Assembly: GCA_947589105.1 (NCBI GenBank)
Contig: CANQBL010000002.1
Location: forward strand, 89,698-153,697
Source: an uncultured Bacilli bacterium
GTDB taxonomy: Bacteria > Bacillota_I > Bacilli_A > RF39 > UBA660
Length of the DNA stretch: 64,000 nucleotides
Direction: 5' to 3'
In this document: in pieces, positions 29,703 to 38,946 of the stretch
How the letters are laid out: each line of letters starts with the position of its first letter
Position numbering within the stretch: position 1 is the first letter of the stretch
Notes under the pieces: model-generated
Database searches by the model: none
The model's input: the letters and a program-made list of their open reading frames with translations, nothing else
What the model was told of the DNA's origin: nothing
Program-made: the position numbers and the translations under genes

Positions 29703-31565
29703 ATGGAAAATATATTAACTGGTAAGCCATCATTAGATAAACCATGGCTTAAATATTACGATGAAGAAGTATTAAATAAAAAATTACCTGAAAAAACTAT
29801 ATATGAATATATAGTAGATAATAATAAAAAGTTTCCAAATAGGGTTGCTTTAAATTATTTTGGTAGAAAAATTACATATGGTGAACTTATACAAAATATT
29901 GACCAAACTGCAAGAGCATTTAGAAAATATGGAGTTAAAGAAGGTGAAATAGTAACTATTTCTATGCCTGCAATTCCAGAAGCAATATATATGTATTATG
30001 CGTTAAGTAAAATTGGTGCTATTGCAAATATGGTTGATCCAAGAACAAGTAAAAATGGTATAGAAGGTTATATTGCAGAAGCTAAATCAAAATTACTTTT
30101 TATAATTGATAGAGCAGCAGATAAAGTAAAAGATGTTAAGAAAAAAACGTCCGTTGAAAAAATAATAACGGTTTCACCAACCGATTCTTTGCCAATTGGT
30201 ATAATGTTAAAAAAAGCAACTAAAGATATTAATAGCCAATATGAAGAAAGAAAAGAAAATGCTATTAAAGAAAATAAAAAAATTCCAAAAAAGAAGGATG
30301 TAATATTAGACTATTTTAAAGATATGAAGGAAAACGAAAGTGCTTTTGCAAAAAGCGGTGAATGTATTTCTTGGCCTAAGTTTTTTAAATCAGGAAAAGC
30401 ACAAGATTATGAGCCATATCCAAAGTATGATAAAAATAAACCATTATTAATTGTTCATACTGGTGGAACAACGGGGCCATCAAAAGGGGTTGTTCATACT
30501 AATTTTAGTGTTAATGCTGCATCATTTCAATGCCAAAACGCAGGTTATGATTTCAAAAGGGAACATAATTGGTTAAATATTATGCCACCATTTATAGCAT
30601 ATGGTATTGGTAATGGGCTTCATTTACCACTTTCGTGCGGAATGGAAGTTATATTAATTCCAGAGTTTAATGCTGAAAAATTTGATGAATTATTATTAGA
30701 ATATAGACCAAATCATATGGTTGGTGTACCATCACATTATGGAAGCATTATTAATAGTAAAAAGCTTGCTAAAGAAGATTTATCATATATTATTGCTCCT
30801 ACCGTAGGTGGTGATAAAATGGATGAAAATTTAGAAAAAAGTACAAATGAATTTTTAAAAAAGCATAACTGTGATTACAAAGTTGTTAAAGGCTATGGAA
30901 TGACAGAAGTTAATGCTGCAGTTGCGGCCTGCACTTCAAATGATACTAATAAACTTGGTAGTGTAGGAATACCATTTCCTAATACAACTATATCAATTTT
31001 TGATCCAGAAACTAAAGAAGAATTAGGATATAATAAACAAGGTGAGGTTTGTATAACAGGTCCTAATACTATGCTAGGATATTTTAATAATGATGAAGAA
31101 ACAAATAATATATTAAGAAAACACGAAGATGGATTAATGTGGATTCATTCAGGTGACTTAGGTTATATGGACCAAGATGGAAATTTATATGTTGTTGATA
31201 GGTTAAAAAGAATGATAATAAGACCAGACGGCTTTAAAGTTTATCCTAGTATGATAGAAGATGTTATTTTAAAACACAAGGATGTTTTAGAATGTAAAGT
31301 TGTTGGTGTAAGAGATATAAATCATTCACAAGGAAAAGTTCCAAAAGCACATATTGTATTAAAAAGTGATAGTGTCGATACAAAAAAAGTAGAAGAAGAA
31401 ATATTATCGTTATGCAAGGAAAAATTACCTGAATATTCACAACCAAGTGAAATAGAATTTAATGATAAATTACCACTTACATCAATTGGAAAAGTTGACT
31501 TCATTAAACTAGAAAAAGATGATGAAGAAAAAATAACATCATGTGTAAAGAAATTAAAAAGATAG
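29703..31565 (+). CDS. AMP-dependent synthetase/ligase (acyl-CoA synthetase family adenylating enzyme) with a roughly 100-aa insertion in the N-terminal subdomain
   Basis: Adenylation core motifs LLIVHTGGTTGPSKGV (A3), GYGMTEV (A5), HSGDLGYMDQDG (A7), DRLKRMII (A8) and PLTSIGKVD (A10). SD GAGGGGGA. Confidence 0.85.
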   Translation: MENILTGKPSLDKPWLKYYDEEVLNKKLPEKTIYEYIVDNNKKFPNRVALNYFGRKITYGELIQNIDQTARAFRKYGVKEGEIVTISMPAIPEAIYMYYALSKIGAIANMVDPRTSKNGIEGYIAEAKSKLLFIIDRAADKVKDVKKKTSVEKIITVSPTDSLPIGIMLKKATKDINSQYEERKENAIKENKKIPKKKDVILDYFKDMKENESAFAKSGECISWPKFFKSGKAQDYEPYPKYDKNKPLLIVHTGGTTGPSKGVVHTNFSVNAASFQCQNAGYDFKREHNWLNIMPPFIAYGIGNGLHLPLSCGMEVILIPEFNAEKFDELLLEYRPNHMVGVPSHYGSIINSKKLAKEDLSYIIAPTVGGDKMDENLEKSTNEFLKKHNCDYKVVKGYGMTEVNAAVAACTSNDTNKLGSVGIPFPNTTISIFDPETKEELGYNKQGEVCITGPNTMLGYFNNDEETNNILRKHEDGLMWIHSGDLGYMDQDGNLYVVDRLKRMIIRPDGFKVYPSMIEDVILKHKDVLECKVVGVRDINHSQGKVPKAHIVLKSDSVDTKKVEEEILSLCKEKLPEYSQPSEIEFNDKLPLTSIGKVDFIKLEKDDEEKITSCVKKLKR

Positions 31566-31590
31566 AGTTATTATCTATCTTTTTGCTTTT
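31561..31590 (+). terminator. Rho-independent terminator (AGATAGA-gttatta-TCTATCT + U5)
   Basis: 7-bp stem overlapping the stop codon, followed by a T-run. Confidence 0.65.
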
Positions 31591-31643
31591 TTAGAGTGTA
31601 TAATTAATATAGTATGTAGTAAATAAATTTTAGGAGTGTTTTT

Positions 31644-33482
31644 ATGATAATAGGTATAACGGTTATTTGTTGTATGTTGCTTTTTAGTTTACTTGTAGGA
31701 ACAATATATTTTTCAAAAGCAAAACTTAAAAATACAGAAAATAAACTATATAGTAGGTTATTTATAATTACTTTTTTTGGACTAATAATTGAACTTTTAT
31801 GTTTCTATTTTGTTTATAATAAGGATATATCAAGTATTTATAATATATTAAATGAATTTATAAATAGATTATTTTTAATTTATCTATTATTATGGGAATT
31901 TTTATTTACAGAATACATATTTTTTGTTTCTTTTGAAAGTAGATTAAAGTTTAAAGACAAATTAAAACATAATAGAAAAGGTATTTTAATTACTTTATCA
32001 ATTATTTACATGATAATGGCTGCAATAATAATAAAATTACCTCTTAACTATTTTAATGATGGTAAATATATATATTCGTATGGTACTGCAACAAATGTTT
32101 TGTTATTGATGGGTGGCATTTTTATATTTATAGATATAATAAGCGTTTTATCTAATATAAAACGTGCTTCTAGCAGAAAATATTATCCATTATTTATGCT
32201 TGTTATAATGATGATTTTTGTTTTTATAATAAGACAAATTAATCCTGGAATAACAATAATAAACTCTGTTTTTGCTTTTGTTACTATTTTTATGTATTTT
32301 ACAATAGAAAATCCAGATTTAAAGGTAGTAAATGAATTATTGAGAAACAAAGAGCTAGTAGAAAGACAAATGGAAGATAAGTCAAGATTTTTATTTGAAA
32401 TATCACAAGATATTAAAACACCAACAAAAAATATATTAGGGATTACTAAAAACTTTGATAAATTAGACAACGATATTGATAAAAAAGATGCGGTAAGATT
32501 AATTTCAAGTAATGCTAATGATTTACTATTTAAATTAAATAACGTACTAGATATATCATCTATGGATGCAAGTAAAATTAAAATAAAAGAAGAATATTAT
32601 GATACGACTATGTTCTTTAAAACGATTGAAAGTATGACTAAAAATGCTATTGGAAATAATAATATAAAATTAAAATTTGAAGTAAATAGCAATGTTCCAG
32701 AAAAACTTAATGGTGATGATGTAAAACTTAAACAAATTTTAATGTCAGTATTATTAAATAGTATTGAAAATACCGAAAATGGCTTTATAAACGTAAACAT
32801 AGGTAGTATAGTAAGATATGATGTTGCAAGATTAGTTATAAAAATAGAAGATTCAGGAGTTGGGATGAGTCTTGATAAAATAAATAGTATATTAGATGAT
32901 AATATGGAATTAACTTTAGATGAGACAAGTAAACTTAATAAACTAGATATGGACTTAAAAGCAACCATTAAAGTAATAAAGTTACTTGGTGGAAGTATTA
33001 ATATTAAAAGTAAAAAAGATGAAGGAACAACATTTATGATAGTATTAGATCAAAAATGTGACATTGAACAATCATCAGACTTTATGAAAAACGTAGAAAA
33101 ATACTCTTCTGATATATTTGACAGAAAAAGAGTTTTATTAGTTAATAATGATAAAGACGAAAATTTTAAGATATCAAATATCTTAGGAGAATATAACATT
33201 GATTTAAATATAACAATGACAGGTAAAGATTGTATTGATAGAATTAATAATGGTGAGTTTTACAATCTAATAATAATAGATGATGAGTTAGGTGAAACAT
33301 CTGCATTACAAACATTAAATGAATTAAATAAAAATAATAAATTTAAAGCACAAGTAATTGTTATGTTAAAAAAAGATAAAGAACATTTAAAAAAATATTA
33401 TATTGATGATGGTTTTAAAGATATAATTTTTAAAAATAGCATAGAAGAAGAAATAAAAGAAAAAATAGATAAGTATTTATAG
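31644..33482 (+). CDS. Membrane-bound hybrid sensor histidine-kinase-like protein (6-7 TM + HisKA-like + HATPase_c + receiver-like domain) with the phospho-acceptor His replaced by Gln
   Basis: About 230 aa of TM helices. The HisKA-like helix FLFEISQDIKTPTKNILGI has Q where the consensus SHELRTPL has H. N box LNSIENTENG, G1 box IEDSGVGM and G2 box LLGGS...GTTF. The C-terminal approximately 120 aa is REC-like (RVLLVNNDKDE...NLIIIDDELGE). Confidence 0.7.
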   Translation: MIIGITVICCMLLFSLLVGTIYFSKAKLKNTENKLYSRLFIITFFGLIIELLCFYFVYNKDISSIYNILNEFINRLFLIYLLLWEFLFTEYIFFVSFESRLKFKDKLKHNRKGILITLSIIYMIMAAIIIKLPLNYFNDGKYIYSYGTATNVLLLMGGIFIFIDIISVLSNIKRASSRKYYPLFMLVIMMIFVFIIRQINPGITIINSVFAFVTIFMYFTIENPDLKVVNELLRNKELVERQMEDKSRFLFEISQDIKTPTKNILGITKNFDKLDNDIDKKDAVRLISSNANDLLFKLNNVLDISSMDASKIKIKEEYYDTTMFFKTIESMTKNAIGNNNIKLKFEVNSNVPEKLNGDDVKLKQILMSVLLNSIENTENGFINVNIGSIVRYDVARLVIKIEDSGVGMSLDKINSILDDNMELTLDETSKLNKLDMDLKATIKVIKLLGGSINIKSKKDEGTTFMIVLDQKCDIEQSSDFMKNVEKYSSDIFDRKRVLLVNNDKDENFKISNILGEYNIDLNITMTGKDCIDRINNGEFYNLIIIDDELGETSALQTLNELNKNNKFKAQVIVMLKKDKEHLKKYYIDDGFKDIIFKNSIEEEIKEKIDKYL

Positions 33483-33579
33483 TTACATAAGATATAAAGT
33501 TTTAAATTATATATTTTTCGTGTGTTCTAAAATCATTATGATGCAAAAAATATATATTTTTAATAATAAAGGAGTTAGT

Positions 33580-34116
33580 ATGGAATCAAAATATAATTTA
33601 ACTTACGTTCAAATTAATAAAGATACGATTCATATAGCTTTTGATATTCAAAAATCAATATGGAAAGAAGATCCGGATTATAATGATTTATATGATAAGG
33701 CAATTCATCCCTTGGATGATAATTGTTTTTTCTTGGTTTATGATAATAAAAAGTTAATAGGAATAACAGGAGTTGACGTATATAGAGAATATCCTGATAC
33801 AATATGGTTAGATTGGTTTGCAATATTACCGCAATTTAGAAGAATGGGGTATGGAAAAAAAGTATTACTTGACACGATAAATTACTGTAAACGTTTAAAA
33901 CGATATAAAAGCTTTAGAATAGATACAACATATTATAAGGATAGACCTGCTTTATTTTTATATGATAAAGTTATGCACTATAAAGAAAAATATACCAAAG
34001 AAGATACTAAAGATGATAAGATGCAAACGTTAATATACACGTATACCTTAAACGGAGAGTTAGAGCCTTGGGATAATAAATATTTAGGATTAAGAGAGTA
34101 TTATAATAGTTTATAA
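33580..34116 (+). CDS. GNAT family N-acetyltransferase
   Basis: Acetyl-CoA-binding motif A: LIGITGVDVYREYPDTIWLDWFAILPQFRRMGYGKKVL. SD AAAGGAG lies before the ATG at 33580. The track start at 33520 lacks an SD. Confidence 0.75.
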   Translation: MESKYNLTYVQINKDTIHIAFDIQKSIWKEDPDYNDLYDKAIHPLDDNCFFLVYDNKKLIGITGVDVYREYPDTIWLDWFAILPQFRRMGYGKKVLLDTINYCKRLKRYKSFRIDTTYYKDRPALFLYDKVMHYKEKYTKEDTKDDKMQTLIYTYTLNGELEPWDNKYLGLREYYNSL

Positions 34117-34148
34117 TTATAATACTATATAAATTAGGAGTAATTAAA

Positions 34149-34982
34149 ATGCTTATATATAATAAAATATTCGAGAATATAAAAAATTTAAATTGTAATT
34201 TTCCTATAGAAGATCAGTATTATGCTGATGAAAACCAAGCAATTGTAGCAGATGGTATAACTAGGGATCCAGTAGGGGTTTTAGATTTATCTACTTGCAC
34301 GTTTAAAGAAATATTAGAAAAATACCCAAGACCAAGTGGTGCTTATCTTGCATCTAAAAAGATATGTGATACTTTTTTACTTACAAACGGAACTTTAAAA
34401 GAAAGATTAAAGATTTGTAATGATAAAGTTAAAGAATTAAATGAAAAGTATATTAAAGAATGTGATTACTTACAAAACGATTTTTATGGAGCAGTTGCAT
34501 CTTGTATAAAAATTACGAATAACACTTTAGAGTATGCGTATATTTGTGATTGTGGTGTTATTGTATATGATAAATTTGGTAATATAAAATTTCAAACTGA
34601 AGATGATAAGCTACTATATAGTGATTCTTATATAAATAAAATTGGTATACCTTGGAACTTACCAGAGGCAAGAGTTATTGTTAGAAGGGATTTTAGAAAT
34701 AACTTAAGTAATACTGTTAACGGAAAATGTGTTTCTTATGGTGCTTTAACTGGTGAAAATGATGCTTTAGCGTTTATAAAAGTTGGAAAAATAAAATTAA
34801 AAGAAGGGGACTTAATAGCACTTTATACTGACGGTTTTACTAATTTTTTACATGATAAAGAATTTATAAAACTATTATGTAATTTTAATAAAGAAACATT
34901 TGAAAATTATATAAATTATAAATCTTCTTTTGATAGTAATAAGTATGGCAAAGAAAAAACAATAGTCTTATTAAAAAAGTAA
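34149..34982 (+). CDS. Hypothetical protein, possibly PP2C/SpoIIE-family phosphatase-like
   Basis: AIVADGITRD and DLIALYTDGFTNFL weakly resemble the PP2C metal-binding Asp motifs (vaDGmGG / lllcSDGl). SD AGGAG. Low-confidence family call. Confidence 0.3.
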   Translation: MLIYNKIFENIKNLNCNFPIEDQYYADENQAIVADGITRDPVGVLDLSTCTFKEILEKYPRPSGAYLASKKICDTFLLTNGTLKERLKICNDKVKELNEKYIKECDYLQNDFYGAVASCIKITNNTLEYAYICDCGVIVYDKFGNIKFQTEDDKLLYSDSYINKIGIPWNLPEARVIVRRDFRNNLSNTVNGKCVSYGALTGENDALAFIKVGKIKLKEGDLIALYTDGFTNFLHDKEFIKLLCNFNKETFENYINYKSSFDSNKYGKEKTIVLLKK

Positions 34983-35353
34983 ATATATCATAAGAAAATA
35001 TATTTATTTTTTGTTTAAATTTGATTTAAATTATCTTGAATGTTATAATTAATTTATAAAAATTTTAAAGAAGATTAATTCATGGGAAAAATAGTAGAAA
35101 AATATATTGAATTACAAAAAGATTTAAATAAATGTAAAAGTAAGATGGTTTATTGTTAAATTTAATTTATATTTTAATAACCTGCCATGTATTTATACAT
35201 ATAATTTTGTAGAAAAACTATAACTTTCAAAATGATAAAAATTATTTATTTATAGTTATCATATTAATGTTTAGTGTATTTTATGTATTAATGCAATGTC
35301 AAAATTATAATTTTATATGGAAATATTAATCAAGTTTTTATGGAGTGATCATT

Positions 35354-36208
35354 ATGCATGAAGAATTAAAAAAAATTATAGATAAAACGGATTATGATAT
35401 TGCTTTGTACGCTGAGGATATGAAAAATAATATAATAGCTTTTAATGAACATAAAAATTTTGAAGCAGCAAGTTGCATAAAGTTATTTATTTTAATAGAA
35501 TACTATAAACAAATATATGAAAGTAAAATTAAAATTGATGATATATTAATTTACGACCAAAATGATAATATATCTGGAATTAATTCTGGTATAATCAATA
35601 ATTTAGATTATGGATTAAAATTAACCTCTAAAGATTACGTAACGCTTATGATAATTTATAGTGATAACATTGCTACAAACAAGATGATTGATTATTTGGG
35701 ATTTAATAATATAAATAATACTATAAGAGAATTAGGATTTAAGAAAACAAAATTATTTAATAAATTAGATTTATTAAAATACTTTAAGTTTGGACAAACT
35801 ACTGCTTATGAATATGCAAAAGCATATAAAATGATTTTAAATAAAGAAATAATTAATGAAGAAGTATCAAATAACATACTAGAAATTTTAAAGAAACAAA
35901 AATATAATGATATGTTAGTAAAGGGACTACCTCAGCTTGATATATTATTTAAAGGAACTGATAATAGTATCATAAAGTACATTGCTTCTAAAAGTGGAAC
36001 CATAGTTTACACTGGACAACAAATGAAAAATTGTAGAAATGATGGTGGAATTATATCAACTGTATATGGTGATTTTATAGTATCAATTTTTATATCAAAT
36101 ATTAAAGATTTACAATTTAATTATGATAATAAAGGAATAGAAACAGGGGCGGCGATATGTAAGATTATTTTTAATAATTTTATAAAAAACAAAGGAGAGT
36201 TGAAATGA
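35354..36208 (+). CDS. Class A beta-lactamase-fold serine hydrolase, no signal peptide
   Basis: Motifs are S-x-x-K (ASCIK), S-D-N (YSDNIATN) and K-S-G (ASKSGT), in the canonical order and spacing. The hydrophilic N-terminus implies a cytoplasmic protein. GGAG lies 8 nt before the ATG at 35354. Confidence 0.7.
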   Translation: MHEELKKIIDKTDYDIALYAEDMKNNIIAFNEHKNFEAASCIKLFILIEYYKQIYESKIKIDDILIYDQNDNISGINSGIINNLDYGLKLTSKDYVTLMIIYSDNIATNKMIDYLGFNNINNTIRELGFKKTKLFNKLDLLKYFKFGQTTAYEYAKAYKMILNKEIINEEVSNNILEILKKQKYNDMLVKGLPQLDILFKGTDNSIIKYIASKSGTIVYTGQQMKNCRNDGGIISTVYGDFIVSIFISNIKDLQFNYDNKGIETGAAICKIIFNNFIKNKGELK

Positions 36209-36591
36209 TAAAATATACTGATGTGATGTTTTGTACAAAAGATGAATTATCTAAGTTGTTTTTAAGTGTAAATTGGAATTCTGGTAAATATCCAGATAAA
36301 TTATATGAATCAATAAAAAATAGTACTTATAAAATATTTGCATATGATGATGATAAATTAATTGGTATGGTTTGCGGATTATCAGATAAAAATATCAATT
36401 TATTTATAAGTTATTTATTAGTGATGCCTGAATATCAAAATAGAAAAATAGGTACAACTTTACTTCAAAAAATAATCTCTATCAATGATTTTAATCGTGT
36501 AGAACTTATATGTGAAAATAAGGATAAAAACTTTTATTTTCAAAATGATTTTATAGAAGATGGCGTAGGAATGTTTAAAATTAAATGGTAA
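36205..36591 (+). CDS. GNAT family N-acetyltransferase
   Basis: LIGMVCGLSDKNINLFISYLLVMPEYQNRKIGTTLLQKII (motif A, Q/R-x-x-G-x-G/A). Overlaps the preceding stop by 4 nt. Confidence 0.75.
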   Translation: MIKYTDVMFCTKDELSKLFLSVNWNSGKYPDKLYESIKNSTYKIFAYDDDKLIGMVCGLSDKNINLFISYLLVMPEYQNRKIGTTLLQKIISINDFNRVELICENKDKNFYFQNDFIEDGVGMFKIKW

Positions 36592-36699
36592 ATGATTATT
36601 TCAGAAAAATGAAAGTTGTTTTTATGCTACATTTCTTTAAGTGGTTAAAAGGTAAAAATATTATTTTGAATTTTCAATATTTATTCGGTTTATAAAAGG

Positions 36700-36735
36700 T
36701 ACTTAATCTTTTGATAGATTAAGTATGTTTTTTAT
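36700..36735 (+). terminator. Rho-independent terminator (TACTTAATCT-tttgat-AGATTAAGTA + U-run)
   Basis: 10-bp perfect stem, then GTTTTTTA. Confidence 0.7.
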
Positions 36736-36802
36736 ACATGTAATAATAAAAGAATATTAATATTATTTTGAAGTAGACTATTACTGGAGGTACTATGTAA
36801 CG

Positions 36803-37147
36803 ATGGATGAAAATTTATACAATCAGACTTTATTAAAAATAAAACAACTATTATCGATAACACCTTTAAAAAGAATAAATACAAAAGGTATGTCTAGTAA
36901 GGAAAAAAGTGAAAAAATTATTGAATTAGAAGATGAAATAAGAGTTTTAAAAATAAGATTATCTGTTATTGAAAGTGTTTACAAAAGATATATAAATGGT
37001 TTAATAGAAAGTAAAGGAAGGATGGAAGGGGAATTATTAGCTAATCCAATATTAACATTACCAAGTGGAAATCAAATTCAATTTAATTCGTTAAGTGAAC
37101 AACAATTACAATATTTAGAAAGCTTATCACAACAAAAAAGAAAATAA
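36803..37147 (+). CDS. Hypothetical coiled-coil protein (114 aa)
   Basis: ORF in the track. Heptad-like K/E/L-rich sequence. No family assignment. Confidence 0.4.
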   Translation: MDENLYNQTLLKIKQLLSITPLKRINTKGMSSKEKSEKIIELEDEIRVLKIRLSVIESVYKRYINGLIESKGRMEGELLANPILTLPSGNQIQFNSLSEQQLQYLESLSQQKRK

Positions 37148-37160
37148 TTATATACGAAAT

Positions 37161-37204
37161 GTTATTATAAAGTAAATATATCATAAGAAATATATTTATT
37201 TTTT
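37161..37204 (+). repeat. Direct repeat copy B (about 40/45 nt identical to 34968-35012, which spans the last codons, stop and terminator-like hairpin of ORF 34149-34982)
   Basis: Compare ttattataaagtaaatatatcataagaaatatatttatttttt at 37161 with ttattaaaaaagtaaatatatcataagaaaatatatttatttttt at 34968. Both contain the AAATATAT / ATATATTT hairpin and a T-run. Confidence 0.6.
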
Positions 37205-37300
37205 TATTATGTAATTTACTTTGAATTTAATTTTTTAGATTAATGTTTACAAATACAATTGTTCGTGGTAAAATTAAGATATATAAAAATGAGGTGTTTT

Positions 37301-37852
37301 ATGTATTCATATATTAAAGGTGTTATAACAATGGTTGAACCTAGTTATGTTGTACTAGAAAATAATGGAATAGGTTACATGATATTTGTCGCTAATCCTT
37401 ACTTATATAAATTAAACGAAGAAGTTTTAATTTATTTGTATCAGCAAATAAGGGAAGACGAAAATACGTTATATGGATTTAAAAATAAGGAAGAAAAAGA
37501 TTTATTTTTAAAATTAATCAGTGTTAAAGGTTTAGGATGCAAGATGGCACTTCCTATGCTTAGTGGTGATAATAAGGATAGTATTTATTCTGCAATTGAA
37601 AGTGGAAACGTTAATTACCTAAAAAAGTTTCCTAAAATAGGTGATAAAGTAGCAAGACAAATTATACTAGATTTAAAAGGAAAACTTGAGTTGGATACAA
37701 ATTCAAATAAACAAGATTTTACTAATCTTACCGAAACTTTAAAATCTTTAGGCTATAAACCTGTTGATATAAAAAGAATTTTACCAAATATTGATGTTAA
37801 TAAAACACTTGAGCAGCAGGTTAAAGAAGCGCTAAAATTATTACTTAAATAG
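37301..37852 (+). CDS. ruvA: Holliday junction branch-migration complex subunit RuvA
   Basis: MYSYIKGVI...VLENNGIGYMIFV OB-fold start and HhH region LISVKGLG. GAGGTG SD precedes the ATG at 37301. Confidence 0.9.
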   Translation: MYSYIKGVITMVEPSYVVLENNGIGYMIFVANPYLYKLNEEVLIYLYQQIREDENTLYGFKNKEEKDLFLKLISVKGLGCKMALPMLSGDNKDSIYSAIESGNVNYLKKFPKIGDKVARQIILDLKGKLELDTNSNKQDFTNLTETLKSLGYKPVDIKRILPNIDVNKTLEQQVKEALKLLLK

Positions 37853-37868
37853 ATGAAAGGATATTGTT

Positions 37869-38873
37869 ATGGATAATAGAATAATCACATCTGAAAAACT
37901 AAAAGAAGATGGTTTTGAGGCGACTATAAGACCTCAAACAATTGATGAGTATATTGGACAAAAGGACATAAAAGAAAACATTAGAATTTTTATGTCCGCT
38001 GCTAAAATGCGCGGGCAAGCACTTGATCACGTTCTTTTGTATGGACCTCCAGGGCTTGGTAAAACAACAATGGCGTATGTAATTGCAAATGAAATGGGTG
38101 CAAACATTAAAACTGCATCTGGTCCTACCATTGAAAAATCAGGCGATTTAGCGGCAATATTATCCTCTTTGGATGAAGGGGATGTACTATTTATTGATGA
38201 GATACATAGAATTCCAAGGTTTGTTGAGGAAATACTTTATTCTGCGATGGAAGATTTTACTTTGGATATAATAGTTGGAGGGGAAGGCTCTAACCGAAAT
38301 TTACGAATTGATTTACCTCATTTTACTTTGGTTGGTGCAACAACAAGAGCAGGAGATTTATCAGCACCGTTAAGGGATCGTTTTGGAATCGTTGCGAAAC
38401 TTAATTACTATACTGAAGAAGAAATAACTAAAATTATTAAAAGAAGTGCAGGAGTACTTAATTTGGTAATAGATGATGAAGCAGCAAAAGAACTTGCTAA
38501 TAGATGTCGTAGAACTCCTAGAATAGCTAATAGATTACTTAAAAGAGTAAGTGATTTTGCCTTGGTAAAAGGTGATGGAACTATAACGCTTGATATTACA
38601 AAATACGCTTTAGATTCTCTTAAAGTAGATAAACTTGGACTTGATGAAGTGGACTATGAACTTTTAAAAACCATCATATATAAGTTTAATGGTGGACCGG
38701 TTGGAATTGAAGCGATTGCAGCATCAATTGGTGAAGAAGTATCAACCATAGAAGACGTATGTGAGCCTTATTTATTACAAATTGGCTATTTAAAAAGAAC
38801 TCCAAGAGGAAGAATTGTAACGGACGTTGCTTATAGACATTTAGGAATAGATAAAAATCTTGGTTGTAAATAA
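37869..38873 (+). CDS. ruvB: Holliday junction ATP-dependent DNA helicase RuvB
   Basis: [11 protein letters not shown], Walker [10 protein letters not shown], Walker [10 protein letters not shown], and the winged helix. Confidence 0.95.
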   Translation: MDNRIITSEKLKEDGFEATIRPQTIDEYIGQKDIKENIRIFMSAAKMRGQALDHVLLYGPPGLGKTTMAYVIANEMGANIKTASGPTIEKSGDLAAILSSLDEGDVLFIDEIHRIPRFVEEILYSAMEDFTLDIIVGGEGSNRNLRIDLPHFTLVGATTRAGDLSAPLRDRFGIVAKLNYYTEEEITKIIKRSAGVLNLVIDDEAAKELANRCRRTPRIANRLLKRVSDFALVKGDGTITLDITKYALDSLKVDKLGLDEVDYELLKTIIYKFNGGPVGIEAIAASIGEEVSTIEDVCEPYLLQIGYLKRTPRGRIVTDVAYRHLGIDKNLGCK

Positions 38874-38900
38874 TTGATATTTTATAAAAAATAATTTATA

Positions 38901-38931
38901 ATAGGTACTTGTTTAGAGTACCTATTTTTTA
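38901..38931 (+). terminator. Rho-independent terminator (ATAGGTACT-tgtttag-AGTACCTAT + U6)
   Basis: 9-bp perfect stem plus T-run after ruvB. Confidence 0.75.
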
Positions 38932-38946
38932 AAAGGAGTGATTTTT

